From IMG/VR virus record IMGVR_UViG_3300027754_000034, positions 186,001-250,000 of that record: a stretch of DNA of 64,000 bases. The stretch is one strand, 5' to 3'. The first letter of the stretch is position 1. The number at the start of each line of letters is the position of its first letter. This document shows, piece after piece, positions 47,527 through 56,422 of this stretch. Position numbers and translations under genes: made by a program. The notes under the pieces were generated by a model. The model was not told the origin of the DNA and ran no database searches. It saw nothing but the letters and a program-made list of their open reading frames with translations.

Positions 47527-48072
47527 TTGACAGTTATGGATCATTTCTATCAAAGTGTTTCTGGTTGGTTTGAATCTTTGGATTTATTTAGTTTCGTTGT
47601 AAATAAATATGATCAAGCTCACTTCGTTGAAGTAGGTTCTTGGAAGGGTCGCAGCTCCTGCTGTATGGCAGTAGAAATCATAAATTCGAAGAAATCTATC
47701 AAATTTGACTGTGTAGACTTATGGGAATACTCTGATTCCCAAAATGATATTTCTTCTAATGAATTTGAAGGAGTATACGGGGAGTTTATTTCCAACATAT
47801 CTAAAGTTGCCCATTATATAAATCCTGTAAAATCTACTTCAGTAGAAGCATCTAAACTATATTTAGATGCTTCTTTAGATTTCGTCTTTATAGATGCAGC
47901 ACATGATTATGAGAATGTGAAAAAAGATATAGAAGCTTGGTTACCTAAGATGAAGTCCGGTGGTATTATCTCTGGTCATGACTATTTCTTTTCTCAAGGG
48001 GTGAGACGTGCTGTACATGAAATACTCGGTGAAGTGCATACTACTTCAGAATCTTGGTATAAAGAAGTTTAA
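47527..48072 (+). CDS. Class I SAM-dependent methyltransferase (Methyltransf_24-like)
   Basis: VEVGSWKGRS, DFVFIDAAHDYE, LPK.K.GG..SGHDY; TTG start. Confidence 0.85.
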   Translation: MTVMDHFYQSVSGWFESLDLFSFVVNKYDQAHFVEVGSWKGRSSCCMAVEIINSKKSIKFDCVDLWEYSDSQNDISSNEFEGVYGEFISNISKVAHYINPVKSTSVEASKLYLDASLDFVFIDAAHDYENVKKDIEAWLPKMKSGGIISGHDYFFSQGVRRAVHEILGEVHTTSESWYKEV

Positions 48073-48102
48073 TAAACTCATTATGATCCATGGAGTCGAA
48101 TC

Positions 48103-49086
48103 ATGAATAAATCATACCTAATGGGGATTGTAACTTGGATATCGGCTGTTTGCTTGGCTGGCTGCCCGTCAGATTTGACTCAAAAGAAAAATGAGCAGGT
48201 TTCCAGATTAAGAATAGTTAATGGTTGCAGTGACCCGATGTGGATTTTCTGGTATAATTCTGAGGGTGGTGGGGACTCGGGTACCCCCAAAAAATTCATA
48301 CTTGATGCTGGCAAACCCTATCTGGATGTGCAAATCCCAGACGCTGGATTTGCTGGTTCACGTTTTTGGCCGGGATATAACTGCGATCCTGAAGGAAACG
48401 GTTGTCAGATAGGACAGAGTGGTGGTCCCGCTAAGTACGGGTTCACTTGTCCTCCTGAGGGTTGTGCTCCACCAGTTGATAGTAAATTCGAGGGTACATT
48501 CGGTTGTTTATCAACTGTCGACCCTTCTTTATGTCAAATAAACCCTTCTGGGGCTCCCGGTCAGCGTTTACCTACCGCTGATTCTTGGGACACTAGTATG
48601 GTGGATGGATATACTCTTCCATATAAAGTTAGGGTGCTAGACGATTGCATTGGTGGTCCTAATAACAACGCGATTGACTGTTCTAATCTTTCGATGTCTT
48701 CTTGTCCCGATAATGAGGATCTTTCTTCTGGCGGTATTCATCCAGAATATTCTAGTATGGAACTAAACGTTAGTAACCCATCGACTGGAAAGAAAGCTGG
48801 ATGTTTTTCTGATTGTGGAAGACTTACTTATAACAATTGGAAGTATGAACCGGGGTTAAATCCGTCAGATTTACCGGCTGTTGATTATTGTTGTCCTGTA
48901 TCGGAGATTAGTCCAGAATCTTGCCGAAAGGGGCCAGTAGCTAACACGAGTTATGTCGATCTTATACATCAACAATGTCCTCAAGTATATGCATACTCCT
49001 ATGATGAAACAAATCCGAGCGGAGCATTGTGGTCCTGCCCAGCCGGGACCAGATATGAAGTGACGTTTTACTGCCCCAATTTTTGA
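48103..49086 (+). CDS. Thaumatin-like (PR-5/GH64-TLP superfamily) lipoprotein
   Basis: LAGC lipobox; IVNGC, FWP..NC, KFE, WDTSMVDGYTLP, DYCC, CPQVYAYSYDE, C.AGTRYEVTFYCP; 18 Cys after the lipobox Cys. Confidence 0.8.
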   Translation: MNKSYLMGIVTWISAVCLAGCPSDLTQKKNEQVSRLRIVNGCSDPMWIFWYNSEGGGDSGTPKKFILDAGKPYLDVQIPDAGFAGSRFWPGYNCDPEGNGCQIGQSGGPAKYGFTCPPEGCAPPVDSKFEGTFGCLSTVDPSLCQINPSGAPGQRLPTADSWDTSMVDGYTLPYKVRVLDDCIGGPNNNAIDCSNLSMSSCPDNEDLSSGGIHPEYSSMELNVSNPSTGKKAGCFSDCGRLTYNNWKYEPGLNPSDLPAVDYCCPVSEISPESCRKGPVANTSYVDLIHQQCPQVYAYSYDETNPSGALWSCPAGTRYEVTFYCPNF

Positions 49087-49380
49087 TAGCTGATTTCAAG
49101 TCCCTTTTCCATAAAATCTATTGTGGCTGCATTTCTAGATATGGAGAAGTCATATGTTACATTATTTATGTTATTGCCAGTTTGTTCCTCGTTGAAATTC
49201 CAACTATTTTGCCAAGATATTTGAGAAAATTCATTTGTGGAAAATCCCATCAGTCCAAAAACGCTTATTCATTAAGTAATGACTAGTGTTGACAGAGATT
49301 CCGAATATCTTCACATCTTTCTTGCTTTGTATGATAGTTGTAACCCTTCTTTCTTCGGCTGTGCACTTTCCTGGAACATA

Positions 49381-49563
49381 TTAATATCCTCCGGATTTAT
49401 ACCATCCCGATCCTATTAGTAAAAAAGCGCCCTGTTTTGATATTATCCTTTTAAAGGTGTTTTCTTTACATTCGGGACATTGTTTTAGTGGTTCCTCTTT
49501 AATGGATTGAAAGACTTCAATTATTTTTTGACACTTGTCGCATTCATATTCGTAATTGGGCAT
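49381..49563 (-). CDS. FmdB-family zinc-ribbon protein
   Basis: MPNYEYECDKC...CPEC...GSGWY. Confidence 0.85.
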   Translation of the reverse strand: MPNYEYECDKCQKIIEVFQSIKEEPLKQCPECKENTFKRIISKQGAFLLIGSGWYKSGGY

Positions 49564-49618
49564 ATTTAATTATACAGCTTTATAGATCTAGATAACATCT
49601 TAATGCCTAGCGATCATT

Positions 49619-50047
49619 ATGAATGATTTTCTTTCTTTTCTGGATAAACATGGTTATTTTTTAACAGCTTCAATTGTCTGGCCTGTCTTTTCCGGCATAA
49701 TCAATTATTTTTTTCATAAAAAATCACCTGAGGCATGGGTGGCATGGTCAGAAAAGAACCCGAAGCTTTCTGTAGTAAATAAAATTCTTAGGGCAGCTGG
49801 TTTTGATCCTGTGAAATTTTTGGAAGCTATGAAACAATTTATAGAATTGTATGCGAAGCAAATTGAAAAGAAAGAAGAAATTGTATCGCACGAGTCGAAC
49901 CAAGATTCGGAGGTTCCTGCTGTCGTGATTATTGTAGATGATGTAAAGCCGGAGTCTACTTCCGAACCTATTAAGAAGGCATTGAAGGTTCCTAAGAGTA
50001 TTAAGAAAAAGACTCCGCCAAAACCTCTGAAAAGTCGTAAAAATTAG
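49619..50047 (+). CDS. Single-TM membrane protein, holin candidate
   Basis: N-terminal hydrophobic helix, basic C-tail, upstream of the endolysin. Confidence 0.4.
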   Translation: MNDFLSFLDKHGYFLTASIVWPVFSGIINYFFHKKSPEAWVAWSEKNPKLSVVNKILRAAGFDPVKFLEAMKQFIELYAKQIEKKEEIVSHESNQDSEVPAVVIIVDDVKPESTSEPIKKALKVPKSIKKKTPPKPLKSRKN

Positions 50048-50061
50048 ATGTACATTTTCCC

Positions 50062-50277
50062 ATGAACGGATTTGGGAGAAGGAACAAAGTCGGTAGTCTA
50101 AGGTTAGAAGAAAGAAGGCACTTAATTATTATAGGGATTCAGGAGTCCCGAAGAATATATGGATTTAGTAATTCGACTTATCGGGCTATGACTGACTCCC
50201 ACGGAGTGGTTAGTGTTAACACTATAAACCGATTCCGCAATATTTATGACAAGTTATTTATGGAGTCTTCTCTATAA
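50062..50277 (-). CDS. Hypothetical small protein
   Basis: 71-aa ORF filling the gap. Confidence 0.4.
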
Positions 50278-50280
50278 ATC

Positions 50281-50982
50281 ATGCAAATTAATGATGACCT
50301 ACGTATTTCGAGTAATGGTGTAAAATTTATAACTAAGTGGGAGGGATTAAAACTTTCTAAATATTTATGTCCCGCTGGTAAATGGACTATTGGTGTGGGT
50401 CATGTTATACTTCCACATGAGAACATATCGGATACTATTACAAAGGAGCGGGCTGAATCAATTCTGCGTTCCGATTTAGTGAGATTTGAAAAAGCAATCA
50501 AGAAGTTTATAACTGTACGTCTAAATCAAAATCAATTTGATGCCCTGGTAAGTTTCATATTTAACACTGGTGAGGGTGGTATTAGAAATACTTCTGTACA
50601 ATCGACGGTAAATGAGCAGAAGTTTTCAGAAGTACCTGAAAAACTCCAGATGTGGAGTAAAATGAGACAAAATGGAAAGTTGGTGGTTAGTCAGGGACTT
50701 TTAAGACGAAGAATGAGTGAGTCAGAATTATTCATGCTTTCTGTTCCTGAACCACCTTCAATGATTTTTCATTTATGGACTAAAGAATCATTGAAGGTGG
50801 TTCAGGCGGTTCTCACCGAATTGAATTTCTATGATAAATCCATAGATGGAATATACGGTCCTGGTACTGCCATGGGTCTTAAGAAATACTGTATGTCAAT
50901 TAATTTTTTGGATGGTCAATATGATGACAATGGGATTGCTAAATCTTTATATGATTCGATCGTGATCAAGAATCTAGGTTAA
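50281..50982 (+). CDS. Endolysin: GH24 lysozyme + peptidoglycan-binding domain
   Basis: WEGL...YLCPAGKWTIGVGH, NQNQFDALVSF.FN, GLLRRR..E; C-terminal IDGIYGPGT. Confidence 0.92.
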   Translation: MQINDDLRISSNGVKFITKWEGLKLSKYLCPAGKWTIGVGHVILPHENISDTITKERAESILRSDLVRFEKAIKKFITVRLNQNQFDALVSFIFNTGEGGIRNTSVQSTVNEQKFSEVPEKLQMWSKMRQNGKLVVSQGLLRRRMSESELFMLSVPEPPSMIFHLWTKESLKVVQAVLTELNFYDKSIDGIYGPGTAMGLKKYCMSINFLDGQYDDNGIAKSLYDSIVIKNLG

Positions 50983-51236
50983 CCTACGATTCTGGCTTTA
51001 TGCGTTTTCTCCCTGGTCTTGCCTAAGTATTTATTGATATTATTTCTTAAATGTTCGAGGTTCTCATGTACAGGGTGAATAAATTCAATTATTTTCCCAT
51101 TCACATCAACATATAAAATATAATTAGGTAGTTCGATCTTATAATCAACTAGTTTATGCTCTGTAAAAGGGACCCAAGCGAATTCCTTCTTATCAACTAC
51201 TCCGCAAAGTTGGTATAGAGAGTCGTGTACTTTCAT
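50979..51236 (-). CDS. Hypothetical protein
   Basis: 85-aa ORF. Confidence 0.5.
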   Translation of the reverse strand: MKVHDSLYQLCGVVDKKEFAWVPFTEHKLVDYKIELPNYILYVDVNGKIIEFIHPVHENLEHLRNNINKYLGKTREKTHKARIVG

Positions 51237-51332
51237 GGATTCGATTACCTTTAATTTTAAAAATTCGAGAATGGGGAGAGTCTAGACACCTAGAATTTTA
51301 TAAGATGTGATAATTCCAGACGTCTAGATAAG

Positions 51333-51908
51333 TTACATTACCAATTCAGAAATTTTCTCTATACTGGTATGATCGGGAATCGCTAATCCTCGTTCTAAGT
51401 AATTTTTGATTCCTTCTAATGAATATTCTATCTTATGATCATCATACCACTCTGGTTTTTTAGTGCCTTTATTCCACTTGGCAAATAATTTTTCTCCTTT
51501 ATAATAAGACCGATATGCTACGATTGTGCCTTCATTCCGGTATATAAGAGGCATTACTTGTGGTGGTTTAGTGAATGATGATTCTCCCCATTGAATTCTA
51601 CTCATGTCATTTGATACCCTGTTTAACACAGATAAGCAGGCATGTGTTTTATGGAATCTTTTCGTATACTCTCTTGATATTTCATAGGCATGGGTTAATA
51701 ACCAAGAAAAGTTCCCTTCAGATTTCACTGTCCACCTAGAGCATGGGTGATTTTTCATCAGCAATCTATAAGGCGGGTCTGTTAATTTAAATATGTGATA
51801 TGCATTAGAAAGCATTTGGGCTGATTCTAGCAGCATCTTTGGAATATGTTTATCACATAAATTCTGAGCTGCAATATTTGGATCAAAATCAGTAAAGAAT
51901 ACGTTCAT
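51333..51908 (-). CDS. Pyrimidine-dimer DNA glycosylase/endonuclease V-like protein
   Basis: MNVFF..DP..AAQ..CDKHIPKM.LESAQML...NHPC..W pattern. Confidence 0.7.
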   Translation of the reverse strand: MNVFFTDFDPNIAAQNLCDKHIPKMLLESAQMLSNAYHIFKLTDPPYRLLMKNHPCSRWTVKSEGNFSWLLTHAYEISREYTKRFHKTHACLSVLNRVSNDMSRIQWGESSFTKPPQVMPLIYRNEGTIVAYRSYYKGEKLFAKWNKGTKKPEWYDDHKIEYSLEGIKNYLERGLAIPDHTSIEKISELVM

Positions 51909-51927
51909 TTAAAATATTACATTTTTG

Positions 51928-52464
51928 TTATCTTTTAACGTTTTTAGGAAGTTCCACTAGGTTCTTCCTCCTAAAGGGTAATACCCTATTCCCATCAATT
52001 TCTGTGGGATTTTCCAGTTCCTCCAATTTAGATTGTAAATCCATAGATAGTGTTCTATAATATATAATATATGATATTAATACTAATCCGAGAGATGTGA
52101 TAGCTGCTATCATTAATCGTTCATCTGTAATTCTCGGGAATAAATGTGGATGCTTTTCGGGATTTAATTCGTTTAATAGTCCCTTAGTTAATAGGATTCC
52201 CAACCCTATTCCGGATAAAGAATTGGTTAAAAACGAAATGGCCTTATTCAATGCTTTTTGATTCTTTGATGCAGCTTTCGGGATTGGAATTCCTTTATCA
52301 ACCAAACCTTTATATATTGTAGACGGAGAACTGGATAACTCTATGTTTTTTACGATAAATTCATCCAGTGTAGTAAGTGCTTTATCATTCAATGAATTTA
52401 ATAAATTATCTGCAATATTTTTTACATCAGAGTCATTAATATAGAGAGTCACTAACTTATCCAT
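51928..52464 (-). CDS. Membrane protein with two hydrophobic segments
   Basis: LSGIGLGILL and LMIAAITSLGLVLISYIIYY. Confidence 0.55.
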   Translation of the reverse strand: MDKLVTLYINDSDVKNIADNLLNSLNDKALTTLDEFIVKNIELSSSPSTIYKGLVDKGIPIPKAASKNQKALNKAISFLTNSLSGIGLGILLTKGLLNELNPEKHPHLFPRITDERLMIAAITSLGLVLISYIIYYRTLSMDLQSKLEELENPTEIDGNRVLPFRRKNLVELPKNVKR

Positions 52465-52491
52465 AATCGAATTAATTATTACAAGGTTATT

Positions 52492-53049
52492 TCATGAGAA
52501 TCTACTTGACACCATTCCCCAATCTATATATGGTTTTAAGGCAGTTAAATAACCATTCTTGTCGGTTCCCCAATCCATCCAGTATGCATGTTCCCAAACA
52601 TCAATGACACACAAAGGATTATATCCAAATGCTGCTCCTTCATCATGAGAATTCATGGCGAAAATGCGGAGATTTTTCGAGCCTGGATCTTGTGCTAAAA
52701 CGGCCCATCCCCGACAAGATAGACCCGTCGATTTCATTTGTTCATACAAATTATCCAGAGACCCCCAATGTTCTAGTACATGTTCTACAAACGCACTTTC
52801 GGGCGGTTTTGGTTCCAGAGACAGATTGCTAAAATAAAGAGAATGGAGGTCTGCTCCTCCTACAGCATATCCATGATTACGCAATGACTTGGCTATGTTC
52901 CCGTCTAGGGCATTTTTATTTAGTGAATGTATTGATTTTAGCTCTAAATCTGCTTTCTCAAGCATCTTAATGTAACCATCAAATAACTTTAAATGTTCGC
53001 TTAAAGCTCTCGAAGATGTGGCTCCCGGAAGTTCCGAATATCCTATCAT
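52492..53049 (-). CDS. sod: Fe/Mn superoxide dismutase
   Basis: Metal ligands EHL, LHSLY, DVWEHAY. Confidence 0.88.
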   Translation of the reverse strand: MIGYSELPGATSSRALSEHLKLFDGYIKMLEKADLELKSIHSLNKNALDGNIAKSLRNHGYAVGGADLHSLYFSNLSLEPKPPESAFVEHVLEHWGSLDNLYEQMKSTGLSCRGWAVLAQDPGSKNLRIFAMNSHDEGAAFGYNPLCVIDVWEHAYWMDWGTDKNGYLTALKPYIDWGMVSSRFS

Positions 53050-53072
53050 ATATTTATTGCATCATTAACCGT

Positions 53073-54989
53073 TCATTCTTGTAGTTCTGGATTTGGTACT
53101 TCAGGTTCATCGATTAAATCGGGTTCTGATTGGCCTATTACTACCCATTCATTCAACCCGTTTTTTTCTTCTTCCTCTGTGATGAATTTTAACTTTTTCA
53201 GATTATTCATTACTAAATGGATGAACTTCATTTTAGAATCGGTGACTCTTCCGATTTTATCCCATGATACTGATTTAGGATTTGGAAGCAAAGAAGCCAG
53301 AAGTATGCATTGCGTGAGAGATAAACTGGCCGGGTTCGTATTGAAATATTTCTTGGCTGCGTTCCCGATTCCATATTCACCGGGAGAAAACTCTACTATG
53401 TTTAGATATGTTTCCATAATTTCGTTCTTGGATAATATCTGTTCCAAATGAACAGTAAAAAATGCCTCTTGAATTTTACGTGCCATGGTTTTCTTTCTAT
53501 TCAGCCACAAGTTTTTCGCAGTCTGCATTGAAATCGTGCTACCTCCTCTAATGAATTTATGGGCTTTGATATTTTCAACCATTGAATTCTCGATTGCATT
53601 AATCAGTATGCCTTTATGCTTCATGAATGCTGAATCCTCGGTTCCCATAACAGAAATCGGCATATATTGTGAAATGTTAGAAAGACTAACCCAGTTTGGT
53701 GTTTGTGGACCTGTGACTTCTTCTATTTCTTCTCCTTTACTGTTTATTACTATTCGAGAATACTTGGACATTAGTACATTTCGTGAGTATTTTTTGGGAG
53801 AGCTCACCGAATGGCAGTTATGATTTAGTTTTATACTAACTTGGGGATTTTTGGTTAGTAACGATGTACTGCCAGATATTTGTCCAGCGAATATGAATTC
53901 ATCTAAATTGTCCTTCATGCTGTCTGGCAAGGCTTCTATCAGTGCTTGACATTCGGTTGTATCAAGCACTGTTTTGATTTCAAGGTCTTCACCATTCTTC
54001 TTTAGAATTCCGGAAATGTGGACTTCCCCAATCTTTAGATCGTAATCAAAAGTATCATCTATTTTAGATAGAAATATTTCAACACCGCGTATTTTTATAT
54101 TTGACTTACTTAACTTCTCATTAGACCCATAGATGTAGCTAGATTTAAGAAACATCTTATTGTTCTTTATTTCTATGTTAACGCCTTCCATGTTCGTAAT
54201 TTCTTCTTGATGCTGACTGATTTGAATTGATTCGCAATTCATTGTATGCGACTTATAGTCGCCACTGATGGCATTTATGGAATAACTGTTATATTTAGCT
54301 TTAATCGATTTAAAAGAAAAAGATGGTACTGATTCTAACTGGTTATATATTTTGAGAATGTAGGACTCCATATCTGCTTCCTTTTTATTTTTAGAGTCTC
54401 GGGGTTCGATCTTCCTATCATCCTGATGCTTCAGCTCAAATGATATGTTTCCTAGTGATATCCTTCCGTCTTCATATGCTCCTTTGTCTATTGTAAACGC
54501 ATTATCTCCCTTTACCAAAGACGCATTTGTAAATTTCACATATTTCTCTCCATTCATGTATGATGCCTCTGCAATATCTAACCTAACGTCATACCCGTGG
54601 GATTTAATGTTGGTTCTAATATTATTTAGGTGTAATTCATAAACGCTTCTATGGCTGTCGTATGAATTCTTATTATCCTGGATATGTGTATAGTTTACAT
54701 ACCCATCATTTGCTTTTATTATGTACTGTTCCGGATATACGTAATTAATGTTCAGTGACCGGAAGTTTATGTCTTGGTTTTCCTTAAATATGTGTACCTC
54801 ATGACAGTCAGCACCCATCCACCTCATGCTGCATTCTTGTACTTGAACTGAGTACCCTTTAGATTCTAACTTTTCTATAATTTTGTTTTTTACATATGTT
54901 GGTAAGTATGTAATCGTTGCTGAAAGAATCAAAAATACCATAAAGGAGATTTTGAATTTTAGGTTTTTTATAATTGGAAAAGCATTCAT
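53073..54989 (-). CDS. Monofunctional peptidoglycan glycosyltransferase (GT51) with N-terminal TM anchor and large extension
   Basis: All five GT51 motifs: EDSAFMKHKG, GGSTISMQTAK, RKIQE, KNEIMETYLN, LASLLPNP; ATG 54989 preferred to avoid overlap. Confidence 0.88.
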   Translation of the reverse strand: MNAFPIIKNLKFKISFMVFLILSATITYLPTYVKNKIIEKLESKGYSVQVQECSMRWMGADCHEVHIFKENQDINFRSLNINYVYPEQYIIKANDGYVNYTHIQDNKNSYDSHRSVYELHLNNIRTNIKSHGYDVRLDIAEASYMNGEKYVKFTNASLVKGDNAFTIDKGAYEDGRISLGNISFELKHQDDRKIEPRDSKNKKEADMESYILKIYNQLESVPSFSFKSIKAKYNSYSINAISGDYKSHTMNCESIQISQHQEEITNMEGVNIEIKNNKMFLKSSYIYGSNEKLSKSNIKIRGVEIFLSKIDDTFDYDLKIGEVHISGILKKNGEDLEIKTVLDTTECQALIEALPDSMKDNLDEFIFAGQISGSTSLLTKNPQVSIKLNHNCHSVSSPKKYSRNVLMSKYSRIVINSKGEEIEEVTGPQTPNWVSLSNISQYMPISVMGTEDSAFMKHKGILINAIENSMVENIKAHKFIRGGSTISMQTAKNLWLNRKKTMARKIQEAFFTVHLEQILSKNEIMETYLNIVEFSPGEYGIGNAAKKYFNTNPASLSLTQCILLASLLPNPKSVSWDKIGRVTDSKMKFIHLVMNNLKKLKFITEEEEKNGLNEWVVIGQSEPDLIDEPEVPNPELQE

Positions 54990-55016
54990 GTCGTAGTGTT
55001 TTCTGGAGGTTTTGAA

Positions 55017-56003
55017 ATGAGCACTATGTCTTGGAAACGGGGAAATTACATCAAATTCTTTGCTAAGATGAAAATCCGGGTGGGTGGCGGGACCCCGATA
55101 GATATTCAAAGTGGTGATGAATTTGATTATGATGGTTCGATTTTAAGGTACTCAGGTATGGATATCCCATCACCTCAATTAAGAGGGGCAGTAGAAAACG
55201 GTTGGGTAGTACCCGCCAGTTTAGAAGAATCTGGTGACAGGATAGATACCATACGACCCAATCGTAACATAGCAAAAGCCCAAACTGTAAACAAGGACTT
55301 GAGCCGCGTTCAGCGAGCGTCTGGTGCACAATTAACCACTACTACTTTAGACGAAGATGAGGTTCTCAAAGTAGAAGATAGAGGATCCTCCAATAAAAAG
55401 AATCCTAAAGTATTGGTAGGTACAGATAACCGTAAATCCAGGGGAATGGCCGTGTCTAGTGATACGACTGATGCTCAGGAAGCTGTATCAATTGGCAGGG
55501 TTCGCACTAGTGCCAAGGCTGTTTTTAATGACGTTTCGCGTCCTGACTCAATAAAAATAATGCAAGAATTGGAAAATATGAGCGGCGTTAAAGCCGACTT
55601 ATTTAAAGATTCGGTAATTCAAAGAGAAGGGATTACCATTACCACCAATTTAGGTAAAATGAACTCTGTTAGAGAAGCTGATGATGAATCTGGGACAGTG
55701 ATTGCTCAGGTCAGAAATTCTTCCAAGGGATCTTTTGAAGGCATTTCTGTTAAGGACACTAGTGGTATTAGGAATAAGAAGCCCGGCGCTCCTAAGATTT
55801 CTGACCCTCGCTTAAGGGTAGCTCGCGCCATTGATCCTAGCTTCCCCATGGATTGGGCTTTTACTGGTAAGCTCGCTGAACGTTTAGAAAACATTAAGCG
55901 TCATGGGGCTACCGCAGAATTTTTGGAAGCTCTGTATGCGGCAGAGGGTGATCAGATGAGAAAGACGTTGGTCAAGGAATTCCCTGATCAATTTGAAGGA
56001 TGA
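55017..56003 (+). CDS. Putative virion structural protein
   Basis: GGAGG RBS at 55005..55009 supports ATG 55017. Confidence 0.6.
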   Translation: MSTMSWKRGNYIKFFAKMKIRVGGGTPIDIQSGDEFDYDGSILRYSGMDIPSPQLRGAVENGWVVPASLEESGDRIDTIRPNRNIAKAQTVNKDLSRVQRASGAQLTTTTLDEDEVLKVEDRGSSNKKNPKVLVGTDNRKSRGMAVSSDTTDAQEAVSIGRVRTSAKAVFNDVSRPDSIKIMQELENMSGVKADLFKDSVIQREGITITTNLGKMNSVREADDESGTVIAQVRNSSKGSFEGISVKDTSGIRNKKPGAPKISDPRLRVARAIDPSFPMDWAFTGKLAERLENIKRHGATAEFLEALYAAEGDQMRKTLVKEFPDQFEG

Positions 56004-56091
56004 CTTGACTTGATCGAATAAGAATCATGGAGAAGCCCTTAATGGTTACTCCCTGATTCTTATTTGAGGTTATAATTAGAAATATTAATAT

Positions 56092-56421
56092 ATGTCGGCT
56101 ACTATTTACATACAAGAAGAATTGTCTGACGCTAGATTACGTTGTAATGAGTTAAAAAATTATATAGTTAAAGTATTTGACTTAGTTAATGCAAGCGAAA
56201 AGAAGGATCACTTCTACGCAGTAGCTGGCGATTTGATAGAGTCAATACCGAGTACACTTTTGAAATTAGAAAAATCTCTAGACGCCACAGCATTAGCAGT
56301 TAATAAGATAGATTATGAAGAGCTGCGCATGACTCTGCGCCCTGAGAAAGTAGATGAATTAGAAAGAGTACTTGAGGATGTAAGATTGAGAATTCCTCGA
56401 AGGACTGGCCGATTATTTTGA
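56092..56421 (+). CDS. Hypothetical helical protein
   Basis: 109-aa ORF. Confidence 0.6.
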   Translation: MSATIYIQEELSDARLRCNELKNYIVKVFDLVNASEKKDHFYAVAGDLIESIPSTLLKLEKSLDATALAVNKIDYEELRMTLRPEKVDELERVLEDVRLRIPRRTGRLF

Positions 56422-56422
56422 A

